Assembly (NCBI GenBank): GCA_045542275.1
Contig: JAZQKP010000038.1
Span: 9,674-73,673, forward strand
DNA from: Eubacteriales bacterium
GTDB taxonomy: Bacteria; Bacillota; Clostridia; Oscillospirales; CAG-272
Direction: 5' to 3'
DNA length: 64,000 nt
Part shown: positions 20,219 to 30,212 of the stretch, in pieces
How the letters are laid out: the number at the start of each line of letters is the position of its first letter
Numbering within the stretch: the stretch's first letter is position 1
Notes under the pieces: generated by a model
What the model was told of the DNA's origin: nothing
Seen by the model: the letters and a program-made list of their open reading frames with translations, nothing else
Database searches by the model: none
Program-made: the position numbers and the translations under genes

Positions 20219-20251
20219 AAGCCTCAAATTCAAAAAAATTTGAGGCTTTTT
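20219..20251 (+). terminator. rho-independent terminator after the GH3 gene
   Basis: gcctcaaatt / aatttgaggc 10-bp stem followed by TTTTT. Confidence 0.85.
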
Positions 20252-20253
20252 GC

Positions 20254-20282
20254 TTTACATATCTTATTTTATGTGATATACT
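20254..20282 (+). promoter_or_regulatory. candidate promoter of the MFS gene
   Basis: TTTACA - 17 nt - TATACT with TGa extended -10. Confidence 0.5.
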
Positions 20283-20304
20283 TACATAAGCTTTCGGATT
20301 AGAG

Positions 20305-21546
20305 GTGTTATATTTGAAATTATCTAACGATGCAAAAAATGCCGTAATGATAGGTACATTATGCTCTATCTCTTATCTGGCGGTATATTTTGCAAGAAAT
20401 ATATTAAGTGCAGTTACTCCTCAGATGGTTGAGGGTGGGAAATTTACTGTTGAATATATAGGTGTGGTTTCCTCGCTTTATTTTACTTTTTATGCAGTCG
20501 GACAGCTTATAAACGGAATGATAGGTGATAAAATTAAGGCAAAATATATGATCAGCTTCGGCCTTATTCTCGCTGGTGTAACAAATCTTATTTTCCCCTA
20601 CTTTTTACATTATCAAGCTGCTGCTAAATTTATATACGGAATGACAGGGTTCTTTCTATCTATGATATACGGTCCTATGACTAAGGTAGTTGCAGAAAAT
20701 ACAAATTCTATACATACAGTAAGATGTAGCCTTGGATATGAGGTTGCTTCTCTACTTGGCTCACCCTTTGCAGGGCTTATCGCTTCATTGCTTGTGTGGG
20801 AAAGCGTATTTAAGGTTGGAAGTGTCATTTTATTTACTATGGGTGCTTTATGTATTATATTCTTCACATATTTTGAAAAGAAAAAAATAATACAGAATAA
20901 CAAATATGAATATAAAAAAGAAAACAACTTAAGGATAATTAGCAATATTCGCGTATTAATAAAGCACAAAATCATAATTTTCTCCCTTGTAGCAATTATA
21001 ACAGGTGTAATACGAACAACTGTTGTGTTCTGGCTTCCTACTTACTTTTCACAATATTTAGGATATGATACACAAGTTGCCGCAAGAATCTTTACTATTG
21101 CGACTCTTGTTATTTCTCTTTCTGCTTTTGTAGCAATATTTGTCTATGAAAGACTTAAAAGAAATATGGAAGCAACAATGATTATAATGTTTACTTTATC
21201 TTCTGTTTTTTTCATTGGAGTTTATTTTATAAAAAATCCAATAGTAAATGTTGTATTTATTATTCTTGCTGTATTAACATCAAACTGCTCTGCAGCAATG
21301 CTTTGGAGCAGATATTGTCCAAGTCTTCGTGATACGGGAATGGTATCAAGTGCTACCGGATTTCTTGATTTTTTAAGCTATATGGCGGCGGCTGCATCAA
21401 GTACAATATTTGCAAATTCTGTAAATACTATAGGCTGGGGCAAGCTGATATTAGTTTGGGCACTTCTTATGGCATTCGGAACCACCTTGATGATACCCTA
21501 TAAAGCAATAATTAATAAAGTAAAAGCAAACAAAAAAGCGATGTAA
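20305..21546 (+). CDS. MFS transporter (organophosphate/sugar-phosphate antiporter-like)
   Basis: About 12 hydrophobic helices and an MFS loop 2-3 motif GMIGDKIKAK. The start is uncertain (GTG at 20305 or TTG at 20314 after AGAGG). Confidence 0.8.
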   Translation: MLYLKLSNDAKNAVMIGTLCSISYLAVYFARNILSAVTPQMVEGGKFTVEYIGVVSSLYFTFYAVGQLINGMIGDKIKAKYMISFGLILAGVTNLIFPYFLHYQAAAKFIYGMTGFFLSMIYGPMTKVVAENTNSIHTVRCSLGYEVASLLGSPFAGLIASLLVWESVFKVGSVILFTMGALCIIFFTYFEKKKIIQNNKYEYKKENNLRIISNIRVLIKHKIIIFSLVAIITGVIRTTVVFWLPTYFSQYLGYDTQVAARIFTIATLVISLSAFVAIFVYERLKRNMEATMIIMFTLSSVFFIGVYFIKNPIVNVVFIILAVLTSNCSAAMLWSRYCPSLRDTGMVSSATGFLDFLSYMAAAASSTIFANSVNTIGWGKLILVWALLMAFGTTLMIPYKAIINKVKANKKAM

Positions 21547-21566
21547 ATACATCGCTTTTATTTTTT
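21532..21566. terminator. bidirectional terminator between the MFS gene and the convergent DUF1015 gene
   Basis: gcgatgt / acatcgc stem spanning the MFS stop codon, with an A run before and a T run after. Confidence 0.7.
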
Positions 21567-22809
21567 ATATCTTGTGAATTAAAAGACCGCTTCTTAATTT
21601 AGGCTCAAACCATGTTGACTTCGGAGGCATAACCTCACCGGAATCTGCAACTGACATAAGCTCGTCCAAGGATGTTGGATACATAGCTATTGCAGCCACC
21701 ATATCCTCATTACATCTCTGTTCAAGGTATTCGAGACCACGTATTCCACCTGCGAAATCTATTCTTTTATCGCTTCTTGGGTCATTGATTCCTAATATAG
21801 CGGAAAGAAGATTTTTTTGCAAGATGGCACAGTCAAGACGGTCAACAGGAGATTCTGCATTGCAGATTTCACTATAAAATTTTACTTTATACCAATTTCC
21901 ACCTACGTAGATACCAACTGTATGCTTAGAATCCGGTCTGTATGCACCCATTCCCTCATACATCTCTACTGTTCCTACGGTTTTAGAAACAAGGGACAGA
22001 AATTCATCTACTGAATATCCGTTTAAATCCTTGATAAGTCTGTTATAATCAAGAATTGCAAGGGAATTCGACGGGAAAATTACAGAAAGGAAGAAATTAT
22101 ATTCTTCATTTCCTGTATGAGAAGCATTTTCTCCTCTACGTTTAAGTCCAACCTTTACAGCAGAGGCAGCACGGTGATGTCCGTCTGCAATATATAACGC
22201 ATCTAAATCTGCAAATGCAGCTTCAATATCCTTATCAATATCGGAATTGCTTGTTGTCCAGACTGTATGGCGTACTCCGTCATCAGCGATAAAATCATAC
22301 AAAGGAGCTTTTTCTGTTTCCATGTCTATGATTTTATCAAGAGTGCTACATTCCTTATATGTCAAGAAAATTGGGCCTGTATGTGCAGAACATGTATCTA
22401 CATGCTTAATTCTGTCAACTTCCTTATCAGCACGTGTAAATTCGTGCTTTTTAATTCTGTTTTCAAGATAATCGTCAATAGATGCGCAGCCAACAATACC
22501 TGTCTGTGAATGTCCGTTCATTATCTGACGGTAAAAATAATATTTCTTATTTTCATCATTCACGTAAATACCCATATTCTCAAAGGCTTTTAGATTTTCA
22601 GCTGCCTTAGCATACACCTTTTCATCATAGAGATCTATACCCTTTTCAAGATCGATTTCAGCCTTATCAATGTGCAAAAAGGAATACGGCTTGCCTTTTA
22701 CCTCTTCTCTTGCCTCATCACTTGACATAACGTCGTATGGTAAGGCAGCACATTGCTCAGCATATTGTGTGTCAGGTCTTAAAGCGAAAAATGGTTTTAC
22801 AGTAATCAT
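21565..22809 (-). CDS. DUF1015 family protein (function unknown)
   Basis: 414 aa beginning MITVKPFFALRP..., with YIADGHHR and EPKLRSGLL segments that I recognise as DUF1015 (PF06245) hallmarks. Last gene of the serC-serA operon. Confidence 0.75.
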   Translation of the reverse strand: MITVKPFFALRPDTQYAEQCAALPYDVMSSDEAREEVKGKPYSFLHIDKAEIDLEKGIDLYDEKVYAKAAENLKAFENMGIYVNDENKKYYFYRQIMNGHSQTGIVGCASIDDYLENRIKKHEFTRADKEVDRIKHVDTCSAHTGPIFLTYKECSTLDKIIDMETEKAPLYDFIADDGVRHTVWTTSNSDIDKDIEAAFADLDALYIADGHHRAASAVKVGLKRRGENASHTGNEEYNFFLSVIFPSNSLAILDYNRLIKDLNGYSVDEFLSLVSKTVGTVEMYEGMGAYRPDSKHTVGIYVGGNWYKVKFYSEICNAESPVDRLDCAILQKNLLSAILGINDPRSDKRIDFAGGIRGLEYLEQRCNEDMVAAIAMYPTSLDELMSVADSGEVMPPKSTWFEPKLRSGLLIHKI

Positions 22810-22821
22810 ATATTCACCAAA

Positions 22822-23982
22822 TTAATAACAGTTTACTTTAATTACTCCGTCAATGTTCATTACAGTATTTACTACTGTATCGTTAACCTTTTCATTAGTT
22901 TCAACGATTGTGTAAGCGTAATCGCCCTTAGAACCGTTGGCAAGGTTTTCAATATTAACATTTACAGATGCAAATGCAGCTGTAATCTGTGAAAGCATAT
23001 TAGGAATATTCTTATGCATTACACATACACGTGCACTTGCTGTATGAGGAAGGGATACGTTAGGATAGTTTACGCTATTCTTGATATTACCGTTTGTAAG
23101 GTATTCGTCAAGCTGCTTTGCTGCCATAACTGCACAGTGATCCTCAGATTCATTTGTAGATGCGCCAAGGTGAGGAATGTTGATAATTCCGTTTGCACCA
23201 ACTGTTTCCTCTGTGGGAAAGTCAGTAACGTACTTTGCAACCTTCTTATTTTCGATTGCCTTCTTCATATCCTCAGCATTAACAAGCTCTGCTCTTGCAA
23301 GGTTAATAATCTTAACTCCGTCCTTCATCATGGAAAGAGTCTTTTCGCAAATCATGTTCTTTGTCTGTGCTGTTGCAGGTACATGAAGTGTGATATAATC
23401 ACAGGTCTTGAAAATATCCTCATAGGTTGCTGCCTGCTTTACAGAAGGAGCAAGGTTCCAAGCTGCTGCAGGAGTGATAAAGGGGTCACAGCCTACTACG
23501 GTCATACCAAGAGCATTAGCTGCATTTGCAACCAAGCCACCGATAGCACCAAGACCAATAACGCCAAGCTTCTTACCCATAAGCTCTGTACCTACGTAAG
23601 CGCCTTTACCTGCCTCTACAGCCTTGGCAACACCATCTGTACCCTCAAGTGTTTTAGCCCATTCAATACCGCCTATAACATCTCTTGCTGCAAGAATAAG
23701 TGCGCATACTGCAAGTTCCTTAACACCGTTTGCGTTAGCACCGGGTGTGTTGAATACAACAACACCGTTTTCAGTACACTTGTCAACAGGAATATTATTT
23801 ACACCTGCACCACAGCGTGCAATTGCCTTAAGCTCTGCAGGGAACTCCATATCATGAAGCTTAGCAGAACGAACCATTATAGCATCAACTGTTTCGCAAG
23901 CATCGGAAACATTATATTTCGCAGGGTCAAATACATCTGTACCAACCTTAGCGATTTTATTCATAAGATTAATATTTTTCAT
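22822..23982 (-). CDS. serA: D-3-phosphoglycerate dehydrogenase
   Basis: D-2-hydroxyacid dehydrogenase fold with GVIGLGAIGG NAD motif and the HLGAST catalytic His context, plus a C-terminal ACT-like domain. Adjacent to serC. Confidence 0.9.
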   Translation of the reverse strand: MKNINLMNKIAKVGTDVFDPAKYNVSDACETVDAIMVRSAKLHDMEFPAELKAIARCGAGVNNIPVDKCTENGVVVFNTPGANANGVKELAVCALILAARDVIGGIEWAKTLEGTDGVAKAVEAGKGAYVGTELMGKKLGVIGLGAIGGLVANAANALGMTVVGCDPFITPAAAWNLAPSVKQAATYEDIFKTCDYITLHVPATAQTKNMICEKTLSMMKDGVKIINLARAELVNAEDMKKAIENKKVAKYVTDFPTEETVGANGIINIPHLGASTNESEDHCAVMAAKQLDEYLTNGNIKNSVNYPNVSLPHTASARVCVMHKNIPNMLSQITAAFASVNVNIENLANGSKGDYAYTIVETNEKVNDTVVNTVMNIDGVIKVNCY

Positions 23983-23994
23983 CGTACTGTCCTC

Positions 23995-25083
23995 TTATGC
24001 CTTTGGATTTTCCGCTGCAAACTTCTTCATAAACTCAACAAGTGCAACTACGCCATCATATGGCATAGCATTGTAAATAGAAGCTCTCATACCGCCAACG
24101 GAACGGTGACCCTTAAGATTCTTAAGTCCTGCCTTGCCTGCCTCAGATGCAAACTTTTTATCAAGATCAGCATCGCCTGTTACAAATGTAACGTTCATCA
24201 TAGAACGGCTATCCTTTTCAACAGGAGCAATGTAATAATCCTGACTGTCAAGATAATCGTAAAGAACCTTAGCCTTCTTCTCGTTCATTTCCTTCATCTT
24301 CTCAAGTCCACCAAGAGAGTCGATCCATTCATAAACAAGCTTAGCAATATAAATGCAGTAGCAAGGAGGTGTATTATACATTGAATCATTATCAGCAAGT
24401 GTCTTATAGTCAAGCATTGTGGGAATATCCTCACGTGCATTACCCATAAGATCCTCTCTTACGATTGCAATTGTAAGACCTGCAGGAGCCATATTCTTCT
24501 GTGCGCCGGCATAAATAACACCGAATTTGCTTACATCAACAGGCTCAGAGATAATGCAGGATGACATATCAGCAACAAGAGGAATATCACCTGTATCTGG
24601 AATATAGGGGAACTTTGTACCGTAAATTGTGTTGTTGAAGCATACATGAACGTAGTCAGCATCAGGTCTAATATTTGACTTATCAAACTTAGGAATGTAT
24701 GCAAAATTAGCATCCTTGCTGGATGCAGCAACTACAACATCACCGTACTTCTGCGCTTCCTTATATGCTTTATTTGAGAACTGACCGGAAACTACATAGT
24801 CGGCCTTCTTATTCTTATTCATAAGGTTAAGAGGAACAGCTGCAAACTGAGTAGATGCACCACCCTGAAGGAAAAGCACCTTATAGTTGTCAGGAATGTT
24901 CATAATCTTGCGAAGAAGCTTCTCCGCATCCTTAATGATTTCATCGTATACAGGGGAACGGTGGCTCATTTCCATAACGGACATACCGCTGTCTCCATAG
25001 CAAAGCATTTCATCAGCTGCTCTCTTAAGAACCTCTAAAGGAAGCATAGAGGGACCAGCTGAAAAGTTATATACACGCTCCAT
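23995..25083 (-). CDS. serC: 3-phosphoserine aminotransferase
   Basis: YNFSAGPSMLP start, GGASTQF, AGAQKN (PLP lysine) and HRSVGGMRASIYNA are canonical SerC motifs. Confidence 0.93.
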   Translation of the reverse strand: MERVYNFSAGPSMLPLEVLKRAADEMLCYGDSGMSVMEMSHRSPVYDEIIKDAEKLLRKIMNIPDNYKVLFLQGGASTQFAAVPLNLMNKNKKADYVVSGQFSNKAYKEAQKYGDVVVAASSKDANFAYIPKFDKSNIRPDADYVHVCFNNTIYGTKFPYIPDTGDIPLVADMSSCIISEPVDVSKFGVIYAGAQKNMAPAGLTIAIVREDLMGNAREDIPTMLDYKTLADNDSMYNTPPCYCIYIAKLVYEWIDSLGGLEKMKEMNEKKAKVLYDYLDSQDYYIAPVEKDSRSMMNVTFVTGDADLDKKFASEAGKAGLKNLKGHRSVGGMRASIYNAMPYDGVVALVEFMKKFAAENPKA

Positions 25084-25125
25084 AATAAAATACCTCCATA
25101 TGGATTATTAAAATTATAATATTAA

Positions 25126-25154
25126 ATTATACAACTTTACTCAAATAAAGTCAA
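25126..25154 (-). promoter_or_regulatory. sigma-A type promoter of serC-serA-DUF1015
   Basis: Minus strand: TTGACT - 17 nt - TATAAT. The leader to the serC ATG is short, with no room for a T-box or riboswitch. Confidence 0.65.
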
Positions 25155-25195
25155 TAACATTATTGAAATTTATGAATAAATATTCGTAAAAACTG

Positions 25196-25221
25196 AAAAA
25201 TCGCTCCGAAGAGCGATTTTT
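25196..25221 (-). terminator. rho-independent terminator after purL (end of the pur operon)
   Basis: aaaaa-tcgctc-cgaa-gagcga-ttttt. Confidence 0.85.
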
Positions 25222-25239
25222 CGTTCTAGGTACTAGAAA

Positions 25240-28200
25240 TTATTTAAAATATTTAACAGCAGACTTGAACATCTTGATGTCATAATCACCGTATACGTTC
25301 TTGTAAAGACCGTTAGCAATACGCTCTGAATGTCCCATCTTACCGATTACACGTCCGTCGGGTGAAAGGATACCCTCAATAGCAAGGCTTGAGCCGTTGG
25401 GATTGTAATCAATATCGTATGTAGCCTCTCCGTTAAGATCAACATACTGAGTAGCAATCTGACCGTTTTTGATAAGCTCTGCAATTGTAGCATCATTAGC
25501 CAAGAATTTACCCTCACCGTGAGAGATTGCAACATTGTAAATATCGCCAACATTACATTCAGTGAGCCAAGGTGATTTATTAGAGGCCACTCTTGTTCTT
25601 ACAATCTTAGACTGGTGTCTTGCAATATTGTTGAATGTAAGTGTAGGACAATTTTCGTCTGTATCTATAATCTTACCGTAAGGAACAAGACCAAGCTTTA
25701 CAAGTGCCTGGAAGCCGTTACAAATACCGCACATAAGACCGTCACGGTTATCAAGAAGGTCTGTTACAGCCTCCTTAACGTCTGCTCCTCTGAAGAATGC
25801 AGTAATAAACTTACCGGATCCGTCAGGCTCGTCACCACCGGAGAAGCCACCGGGAACGAATATCATCTGAGATTCCTTAAGAAGCTTTACAAAGGATTCG
25901 GAGCTTCTCTTGATATCGTCTGCACTAAGGTTATTTATAACGAAGATTTCAGCCTGTGCGCCTGCATCCTCAACTGCCTTTGCAGAATCGTATTCACAGT
26001 TTGTACCGGGGAATACGGGAATAAGAACCTTAGGTCTTGTAACCTTAATAGCAGGAGCAAGCTTCTTATCTGTTTCGTAAGAAATAGTTTCAGGCTTATC
26101 TGTGCTGGACTTGATGTTGCAGGGATATACGCTTTCAAGCTTGTTTTCATAAAGCTCATTAAGTGCGCACATGCATACCTTTGTTCCATTATATGCAACA
26201 GTATTCTCTTCTGTTACATAACCAAGTGCTGTACCGATATCCATATCCTCGCTAAGCTCAAGAATAAATGAGCCGTAGCAATAACCGAATATATCATCAA
26301 GCGCAAGGTTAGAATCAAATTCAAATCCAAGCTTATTACCGATAGCCATCTTATAAACAGCTTCTGCCACACCACCGATTGTAGGTGTATATGCTGCAAG
26401 AACCTTGCCATCTCTCATAAGATCAGTTACCTGATTATAAAGAGCAAGTAAGGATTCTGTCTTGGGAAGATTGTTTTCATCGTATTCGGGCTTAAGAAGA
26501 ACAACCTTAGAGCCTGCCTTCTTAAACTCTGGAGAAACAACCTCGCCTGTCTTACCGTTTGTTACAGCAAAGGAAATAAGTGTGGGAGGAACATCAAGCT
26601 TTTCAAAGGAACCACTCATTGAGTCCTTACCACCGATAGCACCGATGCCAAGATCCTTCTGTGCCTTGAATGCACCAAGGAGTGCAGAAAGTGGCTTACC
26701 CCATCTCTTAGGATCCTTAAGAGGCTTCTCAAAATATTCCTGGAATGTAAGATATACATCCTCAAACTTAGCACCTGTTGCAATAAGCTTTGATACAGAT
26801 TCAACTACTGCAAGATATGCTCCGTGGAATGGGCTCTTTTCAGAGATAAAGGGATTATAGCCCCAAGCCATATAAGAGCAATCATCAGTATGACCCTTTT
26901 CGCTGGAAATAAGGTGTACCATTGACTGAATAGGAGTTCTCTGATACTTACCACCAAAGGGCATAAGAACTGTACCTGCACCGATTGTACTGTCAAAGCG
27001 CTCACTAAGGCCTCTCTTTGAGCAAGTATTGATATCATCGCAAATTGCCTTGATACCGTTTTCGAAGTCTGTGGGAATTTCTTTATTATAGTCCTCATAC
27101 TTTGCAGGAGCAATATCTATATGCTTCTCTGCACCGTTTGAGTTAAGGAACTCACGGCTGATATCTACTATCGCCTTGCCGTTATGGAACATTCTGAGTC
27201 TGGGCTCTGCTTTAACAGTAGCAACTACTGTAGCCTCAAGGTTTTCCTGCTTAGCAAGTGCAAGGAATGCATCAACATTTTCCTTTTCGATTACAACAGC
27301 CATTCTCTCCTGAGATTCGCTGATTGCAAGCTCAGTTCCGTCAAGACCGTCATACTTCTTGGGAACTGCATTAAGGTTGATTTCAAGACCGTCTGCAAGC
27401 TCACCGATAGCAACGGATACACCACCTGCACCAAAGTCATTACAACGCTTAATCATACGGCATGCATCATAGTTTCTGAAAAGACGCTGAAGCTTTCTTT
27501 CCTCAGGTGCATTACCCTTCTGCACCTCTGCTCCACACTGTTCAAGTGAATTTACAGTATGGGACTTAGATGAACCTGTTGCACCACCGCAGCCGTCACG
27601 TCCTGTACGTCCACCAAGCAAGATTACAACGTCCCCATCCTCAGGTCTTTCTCTGCGTACGTTTCTTTCTGGAGCTGCAGCAATAACTGCGCCAACCTCA
27701 AGATGCTTCGCAGCATAGCCGTCATGATAAATTTCATCAACGATACCTGTTGCAAGACCGATCTGGTTACCGTATGAGGAATATCCTGCAGCAGCTGTTG
27801 TAACAATCTTTCTCTGTGGAAGCTTACCCTCAATAGTCTCCTCAAGAGGTCTTAAGGGGTCAGCAGCACCTGTAAGACGCATAGCGCCGTATACGTAGGA
27901 TCTACCGGAAAGAGGGTCACGAATTGCACCACCGATACAGGTTGCAGCACCACCAAAGGGCTCAATCTCTGTAGGATGGTTATGAGTTTCATTTTTAAAG
28001 AGTAAGAGCCAGGGCTCCTTCTTTCCGTCTATTTCAACGGTAATCTTAACAGTACAAGCATTGATTTCTTCGCTTTCATCAAGCTTATCAAGCTTGCCCT
28101 CCTTCTTAAGATATCTTACTGCCAAGGTAGCGATATCCATAAGATTTACAGGCTTTGTTCTGTTAAGGTACTTTCTTGTATTTATATAGTCGTAGTAGGT

Positions 28201-28929
28201 TTCCTGTAGAAGCTTATCCTCAAACTTAACATTATCAATTGTTGTAAGGAATGTTGTGTGACGGCAATGGTCAGACCAGTATGTATCAATCATACGGATT
28301 TCAGTAACTGTGGGATTTCTGCCCTCAGATTTGAAATAATCCTGACAGAACTTAATATCGTCATTATCCATAGCAAGTGCATAGGACTTGACAAATTCTG
28401 CAAGGCCGTCCTTATCAAGATCAATAAAGCCGTCAAGTGTCTTTACATCCTCGGGAATATCATACTCTGCCTTAATAGTATCCTTTTCCTCAAGAGATGC
28501 CTCACGTGCCTCAACAGGGTTGATAACGTGCTTCTTAATAGCAGCAACCTCGCTGTCTGTAAGCTTTCCGTAAAGCATATAAACTCTTGCGCTCTGTACA
28601 GAGGGCTTATCTCCCTTTGAAATAAGCTGAATACACTGAGCTGCAGAGTCTGCTCTCTGGTCAAACTGACCGGGAAGATACTCGGTAGCAAATACTACTG
28701 CACCGTCATTTTCAAGTGTGGAATATACATTGTCAAGCTGAGGCTCGGAGAAAACAGTTTTAACTGAATAGTCAAAAAGCTCCTTTGTGATATTTTCCAC
28801 ATCGTAACGGTTCATAAGTCTTACCTTTTCGATGCTTTTAATACCCAAAAATGTTTTTATTTCGGAATAAAGGGCATTTGCCTCATTTTCAAGTCCCTTT
28901 TTCTTTTCTACATAAACGCGATAAACCAT
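25240..28929 (-). CDS. purL: phosphoribosylformylglycinamidine synthase, single-chain large form
   Basis: 1229 aa. A PurS-like N-terminus, an FGAM synthetase core (HNHPTEIEPFGGAATCIGG) and a C-terminal glutamine amidotransferase (GICNGFQ catalytic Cys, HSE). Confidence 0.95.
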   Translation of the reverse strand: MVYRVYVEKKKGLENEANALYSEIKTFLGIKSIEKVRLMNRYDVENITKELFDYSVKTVFSEPQLDNVYSTLENDGAVVFATEYLPGQFDQRADSAAQCIQLISKGDKPSVQSARVYMLYGKLTDSEVAAIKKHVINPVEAREASLEEKDTIKAEYDIPEDVKTLDGFIDLDKDGLAEFVKSYALAMDNDDIKFCQDYFKSEGRNPTVTEIRMIDTYWSDHCRHTTFLTTIDNVKFEDKLLQETYYDYINTRKYLNRTKPVNLMDIATLAVRYLKKEGKLDKLDESEEINACTVKITVEIDGKKEPWLLLFKNETHNHPTEIEPFGGAATCIGGAIRDPLSGRSYVYGAMRLTGAADPLRPLEETIEGKLPQRKIVTTAAAGYSSYGNQIGLATGIVDEIYHDGYAAKHLEVGAVIAAAPERNVRRERPEDGDVVILLGGRTGRDGCGGATGSSKSHTVNSLEQCGAEVQKGNAPEERKLQRLFRNYDACRMIKRCNDFGAGGVSVAIGELADGLEINLNAVPKKYDGLDGTELAISESQERMAVVIEKENVDAFLALAKQENLEATVVATVKAEPRLRMFHNGKAIVDISREFLNSNGAEKHIDIAPAKYEDYNKEIPTDFENGIKAICDDINTCSKRGLSERFDSTIGAGTVLMPFGGKYQRTPIQSMVHLISSEKGHTDDCSYMAWGYNPFISEKSPFHGAYLAVVESVSKLIATGAKFEDVYLTFQEYFEKPLKDPKRWGKPLSALLGAFKAQKDLGIGAIGGKDSMSGSFEKLDVPPTLISFAVTNGKTGEVVSPEFKKAGSKVVLLKPEYDENNLPKTESLLALYNQVTDLMRDGKVLAAYTPTIGGVAEAVYKMAIGNKLGFEFDSNLALDDIFGYCYGSFILELSEDMDIGTALGYVTEENTVAYNGTKVCMCALNELYENKLESVYPCNIKSSTDKPETISYETDKKLAPAIKVTRPKVLIPVFPGTNCEYDSAKAVEDAGAQAEIFVINNLSADDIKRSSESFVKLLKESQMIFVPGGFSGGDEPDGSGKFITAFFRGADVKEAVTDLLDNRDGLMCGICNGFQALVKLGLVPYGKIIDTDENCPTLTFNNIARHQSKIVRTRVASNKSPWLTECNVGDIYNVAISHGEGKFLANDATIAELIKNGQIATQYVDLNGEATYDIDYNPNGSSLAIEGILSPDGRVIGKMGHSERIANGLYKNVYGDYDIKMFKSAVKYFK

Positions 28930-30201
28930 TTATTTCTCCTCCACAGCCTTAAGGGCTCTTTGTCCGATATCTTTTCTGAAAAATGCGTTATCAAACTTAA
29001 TAGCATCAACCTTTTTGTATGCGCCGCAAATAGCAGTCTTAAGGTCCTCTGCTACATCTGTAACACCAAGCACACGTCCACCTGCAGAAAGAAGCTTACC
29101 GTCAGCAAGCTTAGCACCTGCAACGTATACTGAATCAGAAATTTCCTCGGGAATAACTATTTCATATCCGTTTTCGTATTTTTCGGGGTATCCCTTAGAT
29201 GCCATAATTACACAGCAAGCACTCTTATCTGCGAACTTAACCTCGCACTTATCAAGGGTTCCACTTGTAACACTCTGCATTATTTCAAAAAGGTCACTTT
29301 CAAGCAAGGGTAATACTACCTGTGTTTCAGGATCACCAAAGCGACAATTATATTCGATCACCTTAGGACCGTTCTTTGTAAGCATAAGTCCAAAGTACAA
29401 GCAGCCTCTGAATTCTCTGTCCTCCTTCTTCATTGCCTCAATAGTTGGCAAGAAGATGGTCTTCATACACTCGTCTGCAATATCCTTTGTGTAATAAGGG
29501 TTAGGAGCAATTGTGCCCATACCTCCTGTGTTAAGGCCCTTATCAAAATCAAGAGCACGCTTATGGTCCATTGAGGATACCATAGGCTTTACAACATTTC
29601 CGTCTGTAAATGCAAGAACTGAAACCTCGGGTCCCTCAAGAAATTCTTCAATAACGATGTTATTACCGCTATCACCGAACTTCTTATCCTCCATAATGCT
29701 CTTAACAGCATCAATAGCCTCTTCCTTTGTAAAGGCAATAACAACACCCTTACCAAGTGCCAATCCGTCTGCCTTGATTACTGTAGGGATAGGAGAGCCT
29801 TCAAGGTACTTAAGAGCATCCTCTGCATTTGTAAATACCTCATACTCTGCTGTAGGAATACCGTATTTTTTCATAAGGTTCTTTGAGAAAACCTTACTAC
29901 CCTCAATAATTGCAGCTGCCTTTGTAGGACCGAAGCAAGGAATTCCAACCTTGTTAAGCGCATCAACACAGCCAAGCACAAGGGGATCGTCAGGAGCTAC
30001 AACAGCATAATCAATTTTATTATCTACAGCAAAATTTACAATACCGTCAATATCCTTAGCACCGATAGCAACACAGATTGCATCCTTAGCTATTCCGCCG
30101 TTACCGGGAAGTGCGTAAACTTCGCTTATTGTCTTATTTTCCTTGAGCTTTTTTATAATGGCGTGCTCACGTCCACCGCCTCCAACTACTAATACCTTCA
30201 T
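28930..30201 (-). CDS. purD: phosphoribosylamine-glycine ligase
   Basis: MKVLVVGGGGREHA start and an ATP-grasp core (VIKADGLALGKGV, EYNCRFGDPE). Confidence 0.95.
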   Translation of the reverse strand: MKVLVVGGGGREHAIIKKLKENKTISEVYALPGNGGIAKDAICVAIGAKDIDGIVNFAVDNKIDYAVVAPDDPLVLGCVDALNKVGIPCFGPTKAAAIIEGSKVFSKNLMKKYGIPTAEYEVFTNAEDALKYLEGSPIPTVIKADGLALGKGVVIAFTKEEAIDAVKSIMEDKKFGDSGNNIVIEEFLEGPEVSVLAFTDGNVVKPMVSSMDHKRALDFDKGLNTGGMGTIAPNPYYTKDIADECMKTIFLPTIEAMKKEDREFRGCLYFGLMLTKNGPKVIEYNCRFGDPETQVVLPLLESDLFEIMQSVTSGTLDKCEVKFADKSACCVIMASKGYPEKYENGYEIVIPEEISDSVYVAGAKLADGKLLSAGGRVLGVTDVAEDLKTAICGAYKKVDAIKFDNAFFRKDIGQRALKAVEEK

Positions 30202-30212
30202 TGTCTACCTCA

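Noticed and set aside
18152-21566. A lone tRNA-Leu followed by GH3 and MFS genes, considered as a possible tRNA-targeted genomic island.
   Set aside because: There is no integrase, no direct repeat of the tRNA 3' end, and no mobility gene. The genes are ordinary carbohydrate-utilisation functions, each with its own promoter and terminator.
23014-24384. A 456-codon open frame on the plus strand that spans the serA/serC junction and is very Cys-rich.
   Set aside because: It is exactly antisense to two well-supported genes (serA and serC). It has no RBS, and its composition is low-complexity Cys/Ile/Leu/Asn as expected from reading biased codons backwards. It is a shadow ORF.
29015-30010. Two long plus-strand ORFs (159 and 165 aa) inside purD, and similar ones inside purL (for example 25615-26271 and 26462-26860).
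   Set aside because: They are antisense shadow frames of highly expressed, codon-biased genes. The translations are Ser/Pro/Leu-rich with no recognisable motifs and no start context.
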